From NCBI GenBank assembly GCA_000934665.2, contig KZ538084.1, positions 62,001 through 126,000 on the forward strand: DNA of 64,000 nt, read 5' to 3'. Under the pieces are notes generated by a model, which was not told the DNA's origin, searched no databases, and saw only the letters and a list, made by a program, of their open reading frames with translations. Made by a program: the position numbers and the translations under genes. Numbering within the stretch: position 1 is the first letter of the stretch; the number at the start of each line of letters is the position of its first letter. This stretch comes from Catajapyx aquilonaris. Lineage: Eukaryota. Positions 40,353 through 52,882 of this stretch are shown here, one piece after another.

Positions 40353-41580
40353 TATGAATTTTAGATTAGCAACGCCATCTGGCGGCATTAATTAGAATGC
40401 ATCCATGTGTTCTAATATTAGTATCTAACTGAAAATGAGTAAAATTATAACCAAAAAAGCTAACCACTAATTTAATTTCAATTGAACCATCACGTAGACA
40501 AATATAAAATGTTTCACACAGCACCACGTGGTTGCCTCCATTAATGGCAGAGATGAAGCTAACCATTGTGCAAATTACACCCGAATAATTAGTAGTAAAA
40601 ATATGTAAGTAGCATATAGGTGTTGTATATATGCATCCTAACGCAGAAGGCAGGTAGGGCCTGCCCCGGACGGTTTTTGTGCCTTTTTCAACCGGCTGCA
40701 AGGGGCCCATCATGTGCGCCCATAGCTGTAATCAAATGGTCCGTAAGCCTATAATCAAGCAGAGAGTGTGAGGGCAGCCGGGGTCCCATCCACTAGAGTC
40801 TTATTTACATAGAGGCAGTGGGAGCAGGTGCGTTGGAAAAGCTGGGGCCAGCTCATGTTTTGCAACGTGTGGCCAAAAAGCCCCATCACACTCGCTGCGT
40901 TGCCTCCTCTTTTCTATTTGCTCAACAATGGCGACAGCCTGTATATGGGAGGGGTGTTCGCATATATATTTTTTTTCAGGCCCCCAAAAATTAGCGGGGA
41001 GAGAAAAGACATCTAGTGGTGTCAAAATGTGGGTCTCAACACTGATTGCTTCATTTCAGAAATTATGGGTAATCTGCTTTTCATATTATTTACCGCTTTT
41101 TGCTCCCTATTAACCCTTGGGTATCCTATTAACCCTTCTTGTTTGAGTTCACGCTTCAGGAACACCAGTAAGGGATAAGACCCCGCCCATTTACATAAAA
41201 TAAATTGCGAGTGCTAGTAGGACACCCTCCCAAAAAACCGGGTATATCTAGCTGGCGGATTAGAGATCGTTATCTTGGGCGGTTAGTGAACCAATGAGTC
41301 TCCTTTGCTTTACTGGAATGAATATTCGGATGGGCGTGCGTTCACGTCGCACCCTCGAATTACAGGGTGCTTACAAATGTGTACCGTGCGAATGAACGAG
41401 CCGGCATAACCATATCATGTTCAACGCAATTTTCTCCTGTCGAGCCAAATTAAGTGAGACTCACCTGGAGGATGGGAACCAGTTTTGGCGGTGTTGTGTA
41501 GACTTTGGTCACGGTTTTGGATCAAAATTGAAAATGTTCTGTAAGCCTGAATTGTAGAACATTACAATTATTGGGAAGGA

Positions 41581-41891
41581 AAATTCGTTTTTTTACTGAT
41601 ATCGCCCGATAGCAGTAATTTTTCTAGCTTGTTGTGCCCCTACACATGTGCCCCATTCTATAACAGCTGCTATATTCGACCCCCTGGGAGCGAGGGGGTA
41701 ACCACTTCGTGGAACCGATGTATACAGGGTCCCGCTGGAACCGGCCTGGAACCGGGAGTTTTTGGGGAGTGGTTACCCCCTTGCCTGGGAGTAATGGAGA
41801 ACCTGGATCGGGGCACAACAAGCGACAAAAAGTAAATGCTATAGGGCGATATCAGTTATTTAAAAAAGACCCACGAATTTGCAACACCCTG
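41581..41891. mobile_element. MITE family B copy 4 (left end degraded, interrupted)
   Basis: ACTGATATCGCCCGATAGC ... GGGCGATATCAGTT ... CCACGAATTTGCAACACCCTG|TA; carries the 41691-41783 insertion. Confidence 0.85.
41691..41783. mobile_element. 93-bp mini-element with 8-bp TSD (hAT/P-like), nested in family B
   Basis: 16-bp TIR CGAGGGGGTAACCACT / AGTGGTTACCCCCTTG (one mismatch). TSD CCTGGGAG at 41683-41690 and 41784-41791. The empty site CCTGGGAGTAATG is present in copy 3. Confidence 0.9.
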
Positions 41892-42877
41892 TATATCAGT
41901 TGTGCAGAATAAAGCACTGTACAGCTGGTGCATATTATCATTAAATATGATTTTTTTTCGCACAATTTACACAGCCGTTGAGACTATGTCGGGCCTGGTG
42001 GTGACCAGCGAACATTTCATCTACATGCCAAAATTTGGTACATGTTTTTATCTTTTTTTGCCCTCCCAAAATTGCAAACAGGCTGTGAACCCACTCCATA
42101 ATTAACAGCACTGCGAACCCAACTATTTCGCACCCCGTTTATGAATTGGCCAGCAGAAAAACACTTGGCGGTGCACATGGAGAACTCGCGAAATACAGTG
42201 GGGGTGGAGGTTTTGGGTGGGAGGTCTACACACAGCAACAGCCGTGTGGTAATTAATCCTCTTAACTGAAACACTTGGGAAGTGGAATTCTCCCATAAAC
42301 ATCCAGGGCTCAAATTAGGACTCATGTTGACCTGAAGACCTCTCATCGATTTTTCGGCAGGGCTAGGGGCAGGGCAGGGGGCTAGAATAGGATGGTCCCT
42401 TCGGAGCTGTTTGTGTGCGGCTCTGAACAGGAGGGATGGAAGGGGGGATATACAGCCCCATCGCCACAGTGATTAAACCTGGCTCTGTACAGGCGCCGTT
42501 CGTATACAGCAGCCGATGGGGCAATTAAATAACACGGGCTCCTGAGAATTTGTGCCGCACACGCAACCCTTGTTGCCCGCCTTCTACTTCCCTGCAAAAG
42601 TTACGTGCTCAGCTTCCTTTTGCTTCTGGCCACCCACCCCCCAGGATCTCGGATTTCTAGTCTTCCCTGCCTCCCCCAAGAGCCCCCGAGTTGACGGTCC
42701 ACTGCTGCAAAATATCCACTCGGGTCCCACCAGGGGGGATCACCGTCAACATTATGGTCGACAACTTGGGGCCAAGAAGGGCCTAAAGCTACCCTCTAGA
42801 AGGACATTTCAAAAACCTTGGCTACTCCTCATTGTTTCTAGGTTGTGATGATGGGATTTCAGGAGGTGGAAGAATCA

Positions 42878-42955
42878 TATACGACGCGTATACGACCTAT
42901 ACGACGTATACGACCTATGCGACTCGTATACGACCTATACGACTCGTATACGACT
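42878..42955. repeat. TATACGAC minisatellite with 9/11-bp spacing
   Basis: About 8 TATACGAC-type units separated by C, G, GCG or TCG. Confidence 0.85.
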
Positions 42956-45341
42956 TGTAATGTATGTGTCATTTGCCTACTTACGAAGCAAGCATATGAA
43001 CTGTTTCTTCTTTCCTTGCAGGTATGTAACCCACAACGCAGCCTGGATTCCACATCTTCCGGCACGCGAAGGCGGTGACGTACCACACTCATTATTTTCC
43101 TGGTTACTTATGAACTTACTAGTCGTGACCAACTGGTTCCAAACCGGACACCCAAAACTAGCTACTGGCATCCTTCCCTGGGCACCCCCCATGAAGAAAC
43201 TGGCCATTGGTTGGATAGCATGTAAACCCGTTTCTTACAGTCATTACCCAACGAGTACGTGCATATGCAGGAGAACGAGCAAGGTCAGCTCGTGCATAAT
43301 GTGGACTGATCTTGCTCGCCTCACAATTTGTCGGATGCTCCGTGCATTCCAATGTACCTTAATCTCCCCTTGCACGCCCCCTCGTCTTCCCCATTCTCCC
43401 TCTCTCCCTCTGTGTAACCCTCCCGCTGTGTCTTTGCCATTAATTCCTGGGCACCGCTTCCAGCTACCAGATGTTCGCAGTGGGGAATTGCAACACTAGT
43501 CTTTTGCCTCCACCTCCTGCACAACTGCAGGACCATGAGTAATGTGACGGACTCCCCTACCGCCACCCAGCCCGCCCTCTTTACCCAGAATTACGCTTGC
43601 AACTGTGTAATTGAATCCTGCACACCGTGAGAAACTGTTTCATTTTCATGTAAAGTAGCTCTTGAATAATGTTGGGAAATAATACCTTCAAAGACAGTGT
43701 CGGTTCTGAAAACAATACCCTGGGATCATTCGGGGCTTCTGAAGAATATTTATGAGTTGGCTATAGTAGCTCCGACTGACGGTACTAGCGTCTACTATGG
43801 ATAGTGTGGAGATGTAAATTCGTGGAGAGAACACAGATTATTTTGTTGGTAATTCAGGACACCTTGCAGCATTGACATATTAGGATGCCTCACCATTTGG
43901 GGCCCCGAGCAACACGCGCAAGGTAGACCAAGTGGGCTTCACACAACACCAAGCCTCGCATACATAAGGAGATGCCTCTAGATTACCCTCTCGGGCCAGC
44001 AGTTCTTCAAGAAGCTGCAGGACTGCTAGAGAATAAATTCATGAAAGCGTACTCCCATTTTGAATCCACCCCCTGCTGTAGTGGATATTGGATACTTGCT
44101 CATTTTTTTTTCTTCCTGATTTTCCCAAAAGTACAAATATGACACAAATTTGTAAATTGTCAGCCAAAAAGAGCGTCGGAAGCGGGGCCGGATAATGAGG
44201 TAAATTGGTGTTCAGTGCTTCCAGTTATCCGTGATGAGTGAGCTGTAATTACGCGGTTCAAATTGCATCTATAGTGTTCTAGCGCCGCTGTAAATCTCGC
44301 CGCTAATTAGAAGCGATTACTGTTGGAAGTTCAATTTTTGTCTTATCCGGCCTGGAACGGATATTTTTTCCCCCCTCTAGTATGTTTTTACACCTTGTTA
44401 CGCGGAGTTGTCCACATAAACCCGCGGGACAATCCACAGCATTAAGACATTAAAGCACGTATAAATCTTTCCCCAGTTCACATTCCTCTTGGTTGGCCGT
44501 TTGTAGCCGCAAGGTGCTGAAACTGGCCCACTCTACCCCCTGCTTTGCCCCCATCTCGTAACCCACAAAACCCATCCCTGGCATGAATACAATGATAAGC
44601 ACTTACTACCCTCTGCTGCGGCAGATCTTAATCTGCATTTACTGGCCATTAAAATTCTCCCCCTGATCCTGATTTACCTCTCTGGGTCCACCAAAACCTT
44701 CTCCCCAACCGACCATACTGATTTTCATATTTCTCGCTCTTCTGATGTTGTTACCATCTTTTCACAAGGAATTATGCGCCCCAACGAGAAATAACGTTGA
44801 GTAACAAGGCGTAAAATCAGAAAGTATTCACAGGTAAAATTTCTGTCTGGGAAACTCTGTAGGGGTGATTTTTTTTCTTCTTTTTTTTGAAAAAAAGGTT
44901 TTCTAACCTCACCCCTTCCAGCTTCTCTTTTGTGTTCTGTGCTCATCATCATCGTGCCTTCTTCCCACGTCTGCTTCTCGCTGGGATTGTTTCATTATTA
45001 AAATTTTCCTGGAGGCCTTATTTGTATGGAGAAGAAGCGCACTGTGGCTGAGTGATAAAATATCATCCGACTCGGCATCAACTCAAGGACCTGTCGCCAC
45101 CTCGTTAAGATCCGAAAGCGGTTAATTTACAGGTGAAAAAACTCTTGGCGGTTTTGCGGGGAGTAACATCAAGCCAAGATTTGTCGCTAGCTTCAAAGGG
45201 ATTTGCTTATTCATTACGGGCTATGTCGCGCGTGGTTTCTTTAAGGGCTTCAGTCTGGACAAAAAACTTGTGTAGGGACAGAGCACATTGACAATAGGTA
45301 CCTAACTACTTGTACAGTATATCGATACATGACAGGCTTAA

Positions 45342-45732
45342 AGGGGCACTCCACTCAAAATACAAGTTGATCTGTAAAAATCAGGCAAAATATCCTGATT
45401 CCGGTGATACCATCCGTTTAACTCTGAGACGAACGGTAATGTCAGGGGAAGAGACGAAAGTCGGAAAAAAATTCGAGGTCTGTTCGAGAGTGGCGCCGCC
45501 TGGCCACCTGGCCAAATTAGGCGACGTTGGATAGTAGCGCCGCCCTTCCCAACGGCGACTTGGATAAGTTGCCTGCGGGTATGGGGATCCGTGGGGATCT
45601 GGTTGTGTCCGAAGCCAACTTCCCCTAGTGCCCGTTGGGAAGGGCGGCGCTCTATCCTACGTCGCCTAACTTGGCCAGGATTTTTTGCCTGATTTTTTAC
45701 AGATCAACTTGTATTTTGAGTGGAGTGTCCCT
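45342..45732. mobile_element. Kolobok-like MITE (TTAA TSD), subfamily 1
   Basis: TTAA|AGGGGCACTCCACTCAAAATACAAGTTGATCTGTAAAAATCAGGCAAAA ... TTTGCCTGATTTTTTACAGATCAACTTGTATTTTGAGTGGAGTGTCCCT|TTAA; additional internal inverted repeat at about 45509-45677. Confidence 0.9.
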
Positions 45733-45736
45733 TTAA

Positions 45737-45885
45737 AGGTGCGTTTACATGTGAGTGATTTGACGAGCGAAGTCTTCGCCGATGCTTTAATTAACAATCG
45801 ATTTTCGCCTCAAACAATGTTGGTTACTTGGGTTACTCAGCCTCGGCGACGAATTCGCTCGTCAAATCGCCAACATGTAAACGTA
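45737..45885. mobile_element. MITE family A copy 3; terminal CCT displaced to 46461-46463 by a nested insertion
   Basis: TAA|AGGTGCGTTTACATGTGAGTGATTTGACGAGCGAA ... TTCGCTCGTCAAATCGCCAACATGTAAACGTA[insertion]CCT|TCA. Confidence 0.88.
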
Positions 45886-46458
45886 CTATCGGGTTCAAAT
45901 ACGTTTGGCCACTTTATCCTGGTCTTGAAGCAACCCTTCACACACACACACACACACACACCTCCTTAAGGACACTCCACTCAAAAAACAAGCTTGACTC
46001 TAAAAATCGGGGGGGAAATCCTGAATCCGAAGGTGCAATCCGTTTTTCGCTACGCGGAACGGTAATCCCAGGGCCAGGGGTCAAAGTGGGGAAATTCAAA
46101 TAGTGCGCTAGAAGCTGGCCGTCCGCCAGCGACGCCCTCGGGACCTTGGGAACTGGAGGGCTGCTCCCGCCTGCCCGCGCGCTTAGGCCCATCATAGAGC
46201 GGTACAGCCCTCCAGTTCCCCTGTTCCCCGGGTGGCGGCGCCGCGCCGCTCATTAGTAGACGACACACTTTGACACCTCGCCCTGGGATTACCGTTCCGC
46301 GTAGCGAAAAACGAATTGCACCGTCGGATTCAGGATTTTTTGCCCGATTTTTAGAGCCACACTTGTTCTTTGAGTGGAGTGTCCCTTTAACGTGGGGTCT
46401 GTGCGAAGGGTTGCTGCAAGACCAGGATAAAGTGGCCAAAAGTATTTGAACCCGATAG
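45886..46458. mobile_element. TA-flanked MITE family D (Tc1/mariner-like)
   Basis: TA|CTATCGGGTTCAAATACGTTTGGCCACTTTATCCTGGTCTTGAAGCAACCCTTC ... GAAGGGTTGCTGCAAGACCAGGATAAAGTGGCCAAAAGTATTTGAACCCGATAG|TA; contains a (CA)n run and a nested element. Confidence 0.88.
45970..46386. mobile_element. Kolobok-like MITE (TTAA TSD), subfamily 2, nested in family D
   Basis: TTAA|GGACACTCCACTCAAA ... TTTGAGTGGAGTGTCCCT|TTAA with over 100 bp of inverted arms; tips related to 45342-45732. Confidence 0.9.
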
Positions 46459-49400
46459 TACCTTCATGCCTAGCGTCCTATACCAGTTGTTCGATTTTAA
46501 GACTTTTTCTAATCGAAAGAAAGTCTTATAGAACAGCTCTGTACATCTGTGGACAGGTATCAGGGATAGCGACAAACGGTTTTCGGATTCGGAGCGTGAC
46601 CAAAATAGATTCTACGGCCAACTTCCGGTGAGCCACCATTTCAAGTTTTCCGGGTTCACTCTATCCGCCAAGGTCAGACTGACGACAATCAATGTCATTG
46701 TTGGCCTTACGAGTAGTACATTGGAAATTGCTTGAGTAAGACCTATGGTACAGCTTAAATCAATTGAAGGTCTTGCGTGCGTCTGCCTTGTTTCAGTACT
46801 TTCATTCCGCCACGGAGATCTTACTGCCTTTTTTTACTGAAGGGGATGTTTTTGCTCTTATCGTATCGGGTTTGTCAGCCTCATTTCCCACTGCCCAATG
46901 AGAAAAATTCTACTCAAATCACGCTCGCGTCATTTGCCAGTCTTGTTTAGTCATTTGCTCATTACATTTTTTTAAAAGGTTAAAAACAATGCCGGCCTTA
47001 GGCAGCATGGCGCCCGGGGCAAATGTGGATTTTGGCGCCCCCACATTAAGATCTAGTCCCTCCTGCATTAAGTTTTGACCGGAAAAAATGCGACAAAGTA
47101 GGATTAATTTTCAGCCCCTTTCGAAATATTCCGGGGGCGCCCCTTCCCCACGGTATTGAGCAATACGGATTAAACTTGATATTTAGCATCGTGGTATAGG
47201 TGCGTATAGCTGTGATTTTATCACAGGAAAATCCGAGATGGTGTAGCAACATTTCGGACTACATGATTCGGACAGACCCATACATTTCTAGGACAAAAAT
47301 AATTAACGCATCTCTGGGTTAATTGGTAACAGTTTTTCTTGTGGTTAGCTATCGACATACCGGTAGTAATATGTACACAAAATTGACATGTGGTGTCCAG
47401 AATATCATTGACTGTGTGAAGTGCATGTCGGCTGGTGGGATACAGACCGGGTATGCGTTTCTTATCACCAACGCTACACCAGTTTATACGAGCGTCATAT
47501 TAACTTACGTAGATACATCACCCTGATGCCGTAGGTAATCAATTTTGACATGACATAATACCAATCAACACATAATGCCTGGATTAGCTTTCAATGATCC
47601 ATGCCCGTATTTGCAGTGCGGTACTAGTTATTGACGGATCAAGGTTTAGCTTTAGGAACATGGGGTCTGCACTGACTGAAACTAACTCGTGGAACATCAT
47701 TTTCGGAAGCCCCATTCGTACAGAGGTTCATGAGCAGCACGCTTCCCACACACAAAAAAAGGGGAAACAAAACACCCTGTTATCGCGGTGCACATTCTGA
47801 TAAAAGACAGGGGTTATGATTTTTGCGTGTTTTCATTCCTATAATCTGGAGGGGCAATTAGGCACGGAAAGGTCGACTGCCTGCAATTTGCTAGACTGGT
47901 GTTTGAAGCAAAAGTCCCGCACTTGAATAAATGAAACAATTCGTGAGATACCAAGTACAAGGTGAGTCATGCATGAGTAATGATGTCTTCTGGGATCGGA
48001 ACCAGAAACAGTGAGGAATTTTCTTGGTATGACCTTCCATTTTCTCTGCTCCGGAAAATCCGGGGAGATTTGTGGAAGGGCCGCAACTGCTTAATATAGC
48101 GTGCAAAATCCCGAGCTCCAGCGGCAATTAGGCACACGACAAGTAAGTTACTTCATCGGTGTACGCCGGCAAATTAAGACTCAAACCTAGCTGTTTCCTT
48201 GGGAAGTCTCTTGACCATGAATAATTTAGCGAGCAAAGGAAGGGAGGCGAGGATTTGGAAAGTGTGAAATCAAAGTTTGCTTGCTTGCTCATGACTGATG
48301 AGAACAGCTTCTCATGAATGATGTGCCAACGACTGGGAGCCTGCCGCCGGACTACCAACCTGATTTATGTAGCTTCCATTGTGCGAAATAGGTGAATCAT
48401 TCAGGGAACCTAACCTATTCAGGCTCAAAAGAACAATCAATTCACTTCCTAACTTCTGCCAGATCACGGGTTATGTTCAGCGAATACTTTCACAAAAATA
48501 ATGTTTTAAAAAACGCAATTTTGCTACATAATTAGCTTTTTATGTAGCTAGCTAGCTGGGTAGGATAATTAACATTAACGTACCAAAAATTTGACCAGAA
48601 ATCTGCGTGTAGTATGTGACATAAATCGCATTGTTGAAGTGGTACAAATAGGCTGCGACGAAAATGCACAGCAACCAATTCTTCAGTGTCTCCATTAAGA
48701 CTTGTGGAGGCAGCAGCCAAATCTGTCAACGACGTAAGTGCTTCGAAGTTAATGTGTCAATTTGACGACGTCTCGTTGCTCTGCAGGGAAATTATTGCTC
48801 GACGTCCTCCTGCCGTGCCAAGGAGTCATCTACTACACCTTGAACTATGCGACTCACACTACATTCGTTATGAGGCACTTACAATAATTTCGACAATTTG
48901 CAACCTCACCTTCACAACCTTACAAGTACTGTTAAAGACTGGATTTTTACCAATGATGATGATGATGATAATAATAATAGAGGCCATTTTGTAATGCAAA
49001 GTGTTACTGAATAATAACGATTGTATTGGGGTCGCCGTTGCGGATGCGAACTCTCTCCAAATGCGAATCGGCGTCAAATGCAACACTATGTATGTTTCCA
49101 GCTGTAAACCCCTAAATCTGTTTACTAAATGCGGGGAAATAATTCGCATGCATGCAACGCCGCCAAACATAGAACTACTCTCAACAATGACCGCATGTGG
49201 AACGATATTGGAAGCATTCAATTTTGTTCCCAATAAGCGTCGCCTCCCCCCTCCCCCTCCCCCTGTTTTGTTATTCTACACAAAACCACGCTGTTGCGGA
49301 CAGCAATTCTATTAATTATGTAATAATCGAATATTTATGATCGACACGGATACCATAACAAACCTGGGGACAATTTAACCTTAATGCAAAATCGTTCCAT

Positions 49401-52400
49401 TAGTCACCATGCTAATTCATTTTTTTCCATTCCTGGTGTCTTTCAGGCACACCATATACACTGCGACCAGCTCAAATTCCCCCAACAGGCTAAAGTACCC
49501 CCACTTGACTGATACAACGCAGTATCCTTTGAAGTCGCATGCCTTTGGCTCTTCTAGCCACTGATTTCAAGTCGGTAAATGGCCAATATCTGTACTTGCT
49601 TACATATAGGGCTCCCTATTTACAATGATTCGGGCACCCTCTCCGCCCACTCTTTCTCCCCACAATCGATCTATCTCGGAGCGGAATGATATCGAGAGAG
49701 GGTGGGGGAGGAGGGGTGAAGGTAGAGCTGGTTGTGTCAAAGCCAGCAGATAGCCTACCATTTCAATGACGCCGGGACCAATCACCAGAAATTCCCAATT
49801 CCAGCCCGCGAGCTTTTTGGCCCGGATGAAACGCTCTCCGGCAGCATCGGTCGTGTCCGTATATATAAAGGAAAATTACACCACTAGAGTATATACCGTA
49901 TGCCTATCCTATCTATAGGCTGGGCATATACGGCACACACACCCTCTGGATCTGCCCGGGAGCCGCAGACTATAGGCCATCATTGCAAATTGAATTGGAC
50001 GCGAGATGTGGGAAGAGTGTCGCATTTGTGGCGATATTCCCAAGTACTTATCCTCTCCTCCGTGTTTCCGTGCCAATCGAACCGGGCGCACGCAGAATGA
50101 CATTACTGCCGGTACATCGACACTCCGACTAGGTGATATGATCAGTGGAAACCGCGAGTGATTTTCTTCTTCAACCTACTCCACGCTACGTCTGCATACA
50201 TACCGATCACTTGGGCACAAGATGTCACTCGGCTCAATCTGATTACCAGGGGTGGGGAAACTCTGCTTTTAAATCTCTCAGAGGCAGATTTTTGCAATGT
50301 TTTACAGGTTTGAAAAATGGTTTTCATTTATAAAAAATATTGAATATAGCTTCAAGACACACGCATGATGGAGCTAGAAATCTAGAGTTTACGATTCGAG
50401 TACATGTCCATTCGGTTCAATTAAGTCAATAGAAACTAAATAATGCTAGTTGATGACTATATGTGTGTGGATAACGTATGTTGTTAGGCCTACATCATTT
50501 CACACAGTCATTACCATATAAATTATACGTCCATCACAAGGTTTATGATATTATTAACTTGTATGCCAAATCATTTGCCGTTGGTAGACTCTATTGCATT
50601 ACATAATATATAGCTTATGTGGTCATGGGGTCAGTAATAGCGTAAATGTATAGGTAATGGTCCTAATGGACATTAATCACGTCAAAAGTCTCGCGTCTGT
50701 AAATTAATGAGGAAGATACTGTGACATTTTCATTCTGCTATTATGCACGCATAATTCACAGGCCTATAACAAACTAAAATAATAGTAGTCTGCCATAGGT
50801 TTACCAACAAAATCCAAAATAATAAAACATGACCTCATTCTTCTTTTCACCTAATCCGTTCCACAACTTAATTCAACAAATAACGCCAAAGCTCCCTCAC
50901 AGGAATTGTTAAAATTAATGCCGGTTCCTCCAAAAAATATTACGTGTGACTACTTATTGTCCGATTGAAACATTTTGCAGCTATTCCACTTAGATATTTC
51001 TTGATTTCAGGTAGCAACACACGATTATGGCTTGACATCGATTGCCAGCAAACTAATCTAGGCCCCCTGCAAGGCGAAATATATTGCGCAAGGGACGAGG
51101 AAGTTGCCTGTACTCCACTTATTAATGTCATACCTGCGAAAGTTAGCAACTCCTCTTTCATGTGGTTCAAATAGTAAAAGCTCCACAGAAGCCTCCCTTT
51201 CCATGTCAAAGCAACTCTCTCCGGAAGATACACTCGCCAAAAATATAGTATTTTTGTTCAAAATTGAAAAGTAATGCAATGAATGATGACGCTTTTTTGC
51301 CACGTCCACAAAATGTATTATCGAGCCTCAAATTGTGTCAAGTGTATAGAAAATCAAGAGAAGAATGGGCGTTGTGTTGCGCCAATGCAACACTTGTACC
51401 GGCGCGCGACAGTAAGGATGGCAGTTGATTCCAAAAAACTGGTTCTAATCTGGAGAGGCGACATTCCTTCTTATTCCTAGATGTGGGCTGCTCTGAGGTC
51501 AAATGAATGGAGTGTCATGCAAAGCATGTCGCGTTGAAGGCAGGCGTCCAACAGCGAAGGGTTAGTATATGGAACCTACCCTGTATTCTGTGTAGTTGAT
51601 GACCATGTTCTTCAGGAAGGACGCGTGTGACTTTCAACATCAAAGACAGCAGAAGCGCAAACACTGTTTATTAGGACAAGCCTCGTCTCCGGCTGTCTCA
51701 CGACTTATTACAAACCAAGTAGTCTCCCTCCACCCCTCATAAACCGCATCTATCATCAAGACTCCTAAGTTATCAGTGGGGCTTAACGTCGGCCTATTTC
51801 TGCAGCTAACCGACGCGACGCCAGGGGGTGGTCCTCCTCCTGGAAATTTGGCCACTCTGGGGGTCTTTAACGTGCACTCGCGCAATGTCACAATGTTGTG
51901 CGCGTTGACCTCCGCAGGTCATCCCTCTGACCCCGAAAGCTCACATAGGGTCGTGGTCCAATAATACAACGGGTACGGACCGGCCTGCTACTCCGGCCAG
52001 ACACGACAGAATCATACAAAGAGCATACGCCCTCAGCTCCCCCTAGATCCGCGCGCATGCGCCACACCAGCCCTCTAGTGAGGGACGTCACAATGTCGCA
52101 ACAGTTTGGACGTTTAGACGCCTCCAGATTTATACCCTATAAAAGTAACTATAAGCAAAAATAACTGAACTATCTGGACCGAGGTATAATCAACAATGGC
52201 AGGATAATGAGATTGAATCTTAGTGTTAATGTGGACTTGTTTGAGGGGTGGTGTGGTGAGTGGAAGCTGGGAGTGGCGATTTCAAGCGTGAGACGACAGG
52301 TCAAACGAGAATGACGGGTTCACCGTGGCGGGTCGAGTTTATCCGGCGAAATCTGTCAGAGAAACGTGGGAAAAGTCAACCTGCTCGGGTCGGAGGTTGC

Positions 52401-52651
52401 AAGTGCGGCTGGCACGTGTCACGTTTCGGTTGGCGGCACGGTCGTACTATAAATGGCGGAGCCAAGGATTGTCCAGCCTACAGTGCATGATTCTAGTTAC
52501 ACCCATCCCCCGTCCCATCCTCCATATCCAACTGATGGCCAAATCTTGGCGGGGTTCAACCTTGGACACTGTCCGAGTATTGTCATGTTCAAGCATGTCA
52601 CAATTTGGGAGGGAAAATACGTAAGTTATGTACTAATGACAAGGGTTCAAT

Positions 52652-52882
52652 GACTGCTGATTCATGCACTGACTTGGAGGTGGGAATTTGTGATCAACAT
52701 ATACCGTCTATGGTACTGACTTGTCCATCGTTCAGATGTACTGACTTGAAATTAGTACATCTCAATTCAGGTACTGACTTCGACATCAAATACCTTCTAC
52801 AGTACTGACTCGTAGACGGTATTTTGTTGATCACAAAATACCACCTCCAAGTCAGTACATAATCGTTACACGAATTACAGTG
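52652..52882. mobile_element. MITE family E copy 1 (GTACTGACTT subrepeats, CACTG-type end)
   Basis: Inverted ACTGACTTGGAGGTGG ... CCACCTCCAAGTCAGT, repeated GTACTGACT motifs, right end AATTACAGTG|TA; homologous to 59095-59308 in opposite orientation. Confidence 0.75.

Noticed and set aside
51011..51145. Plus-strand exon after TTTCAG acceptor (GSNTRLWLDIDCQQ...)
   Set aside because: Weak donor, no recognisable homology and no linked exons.
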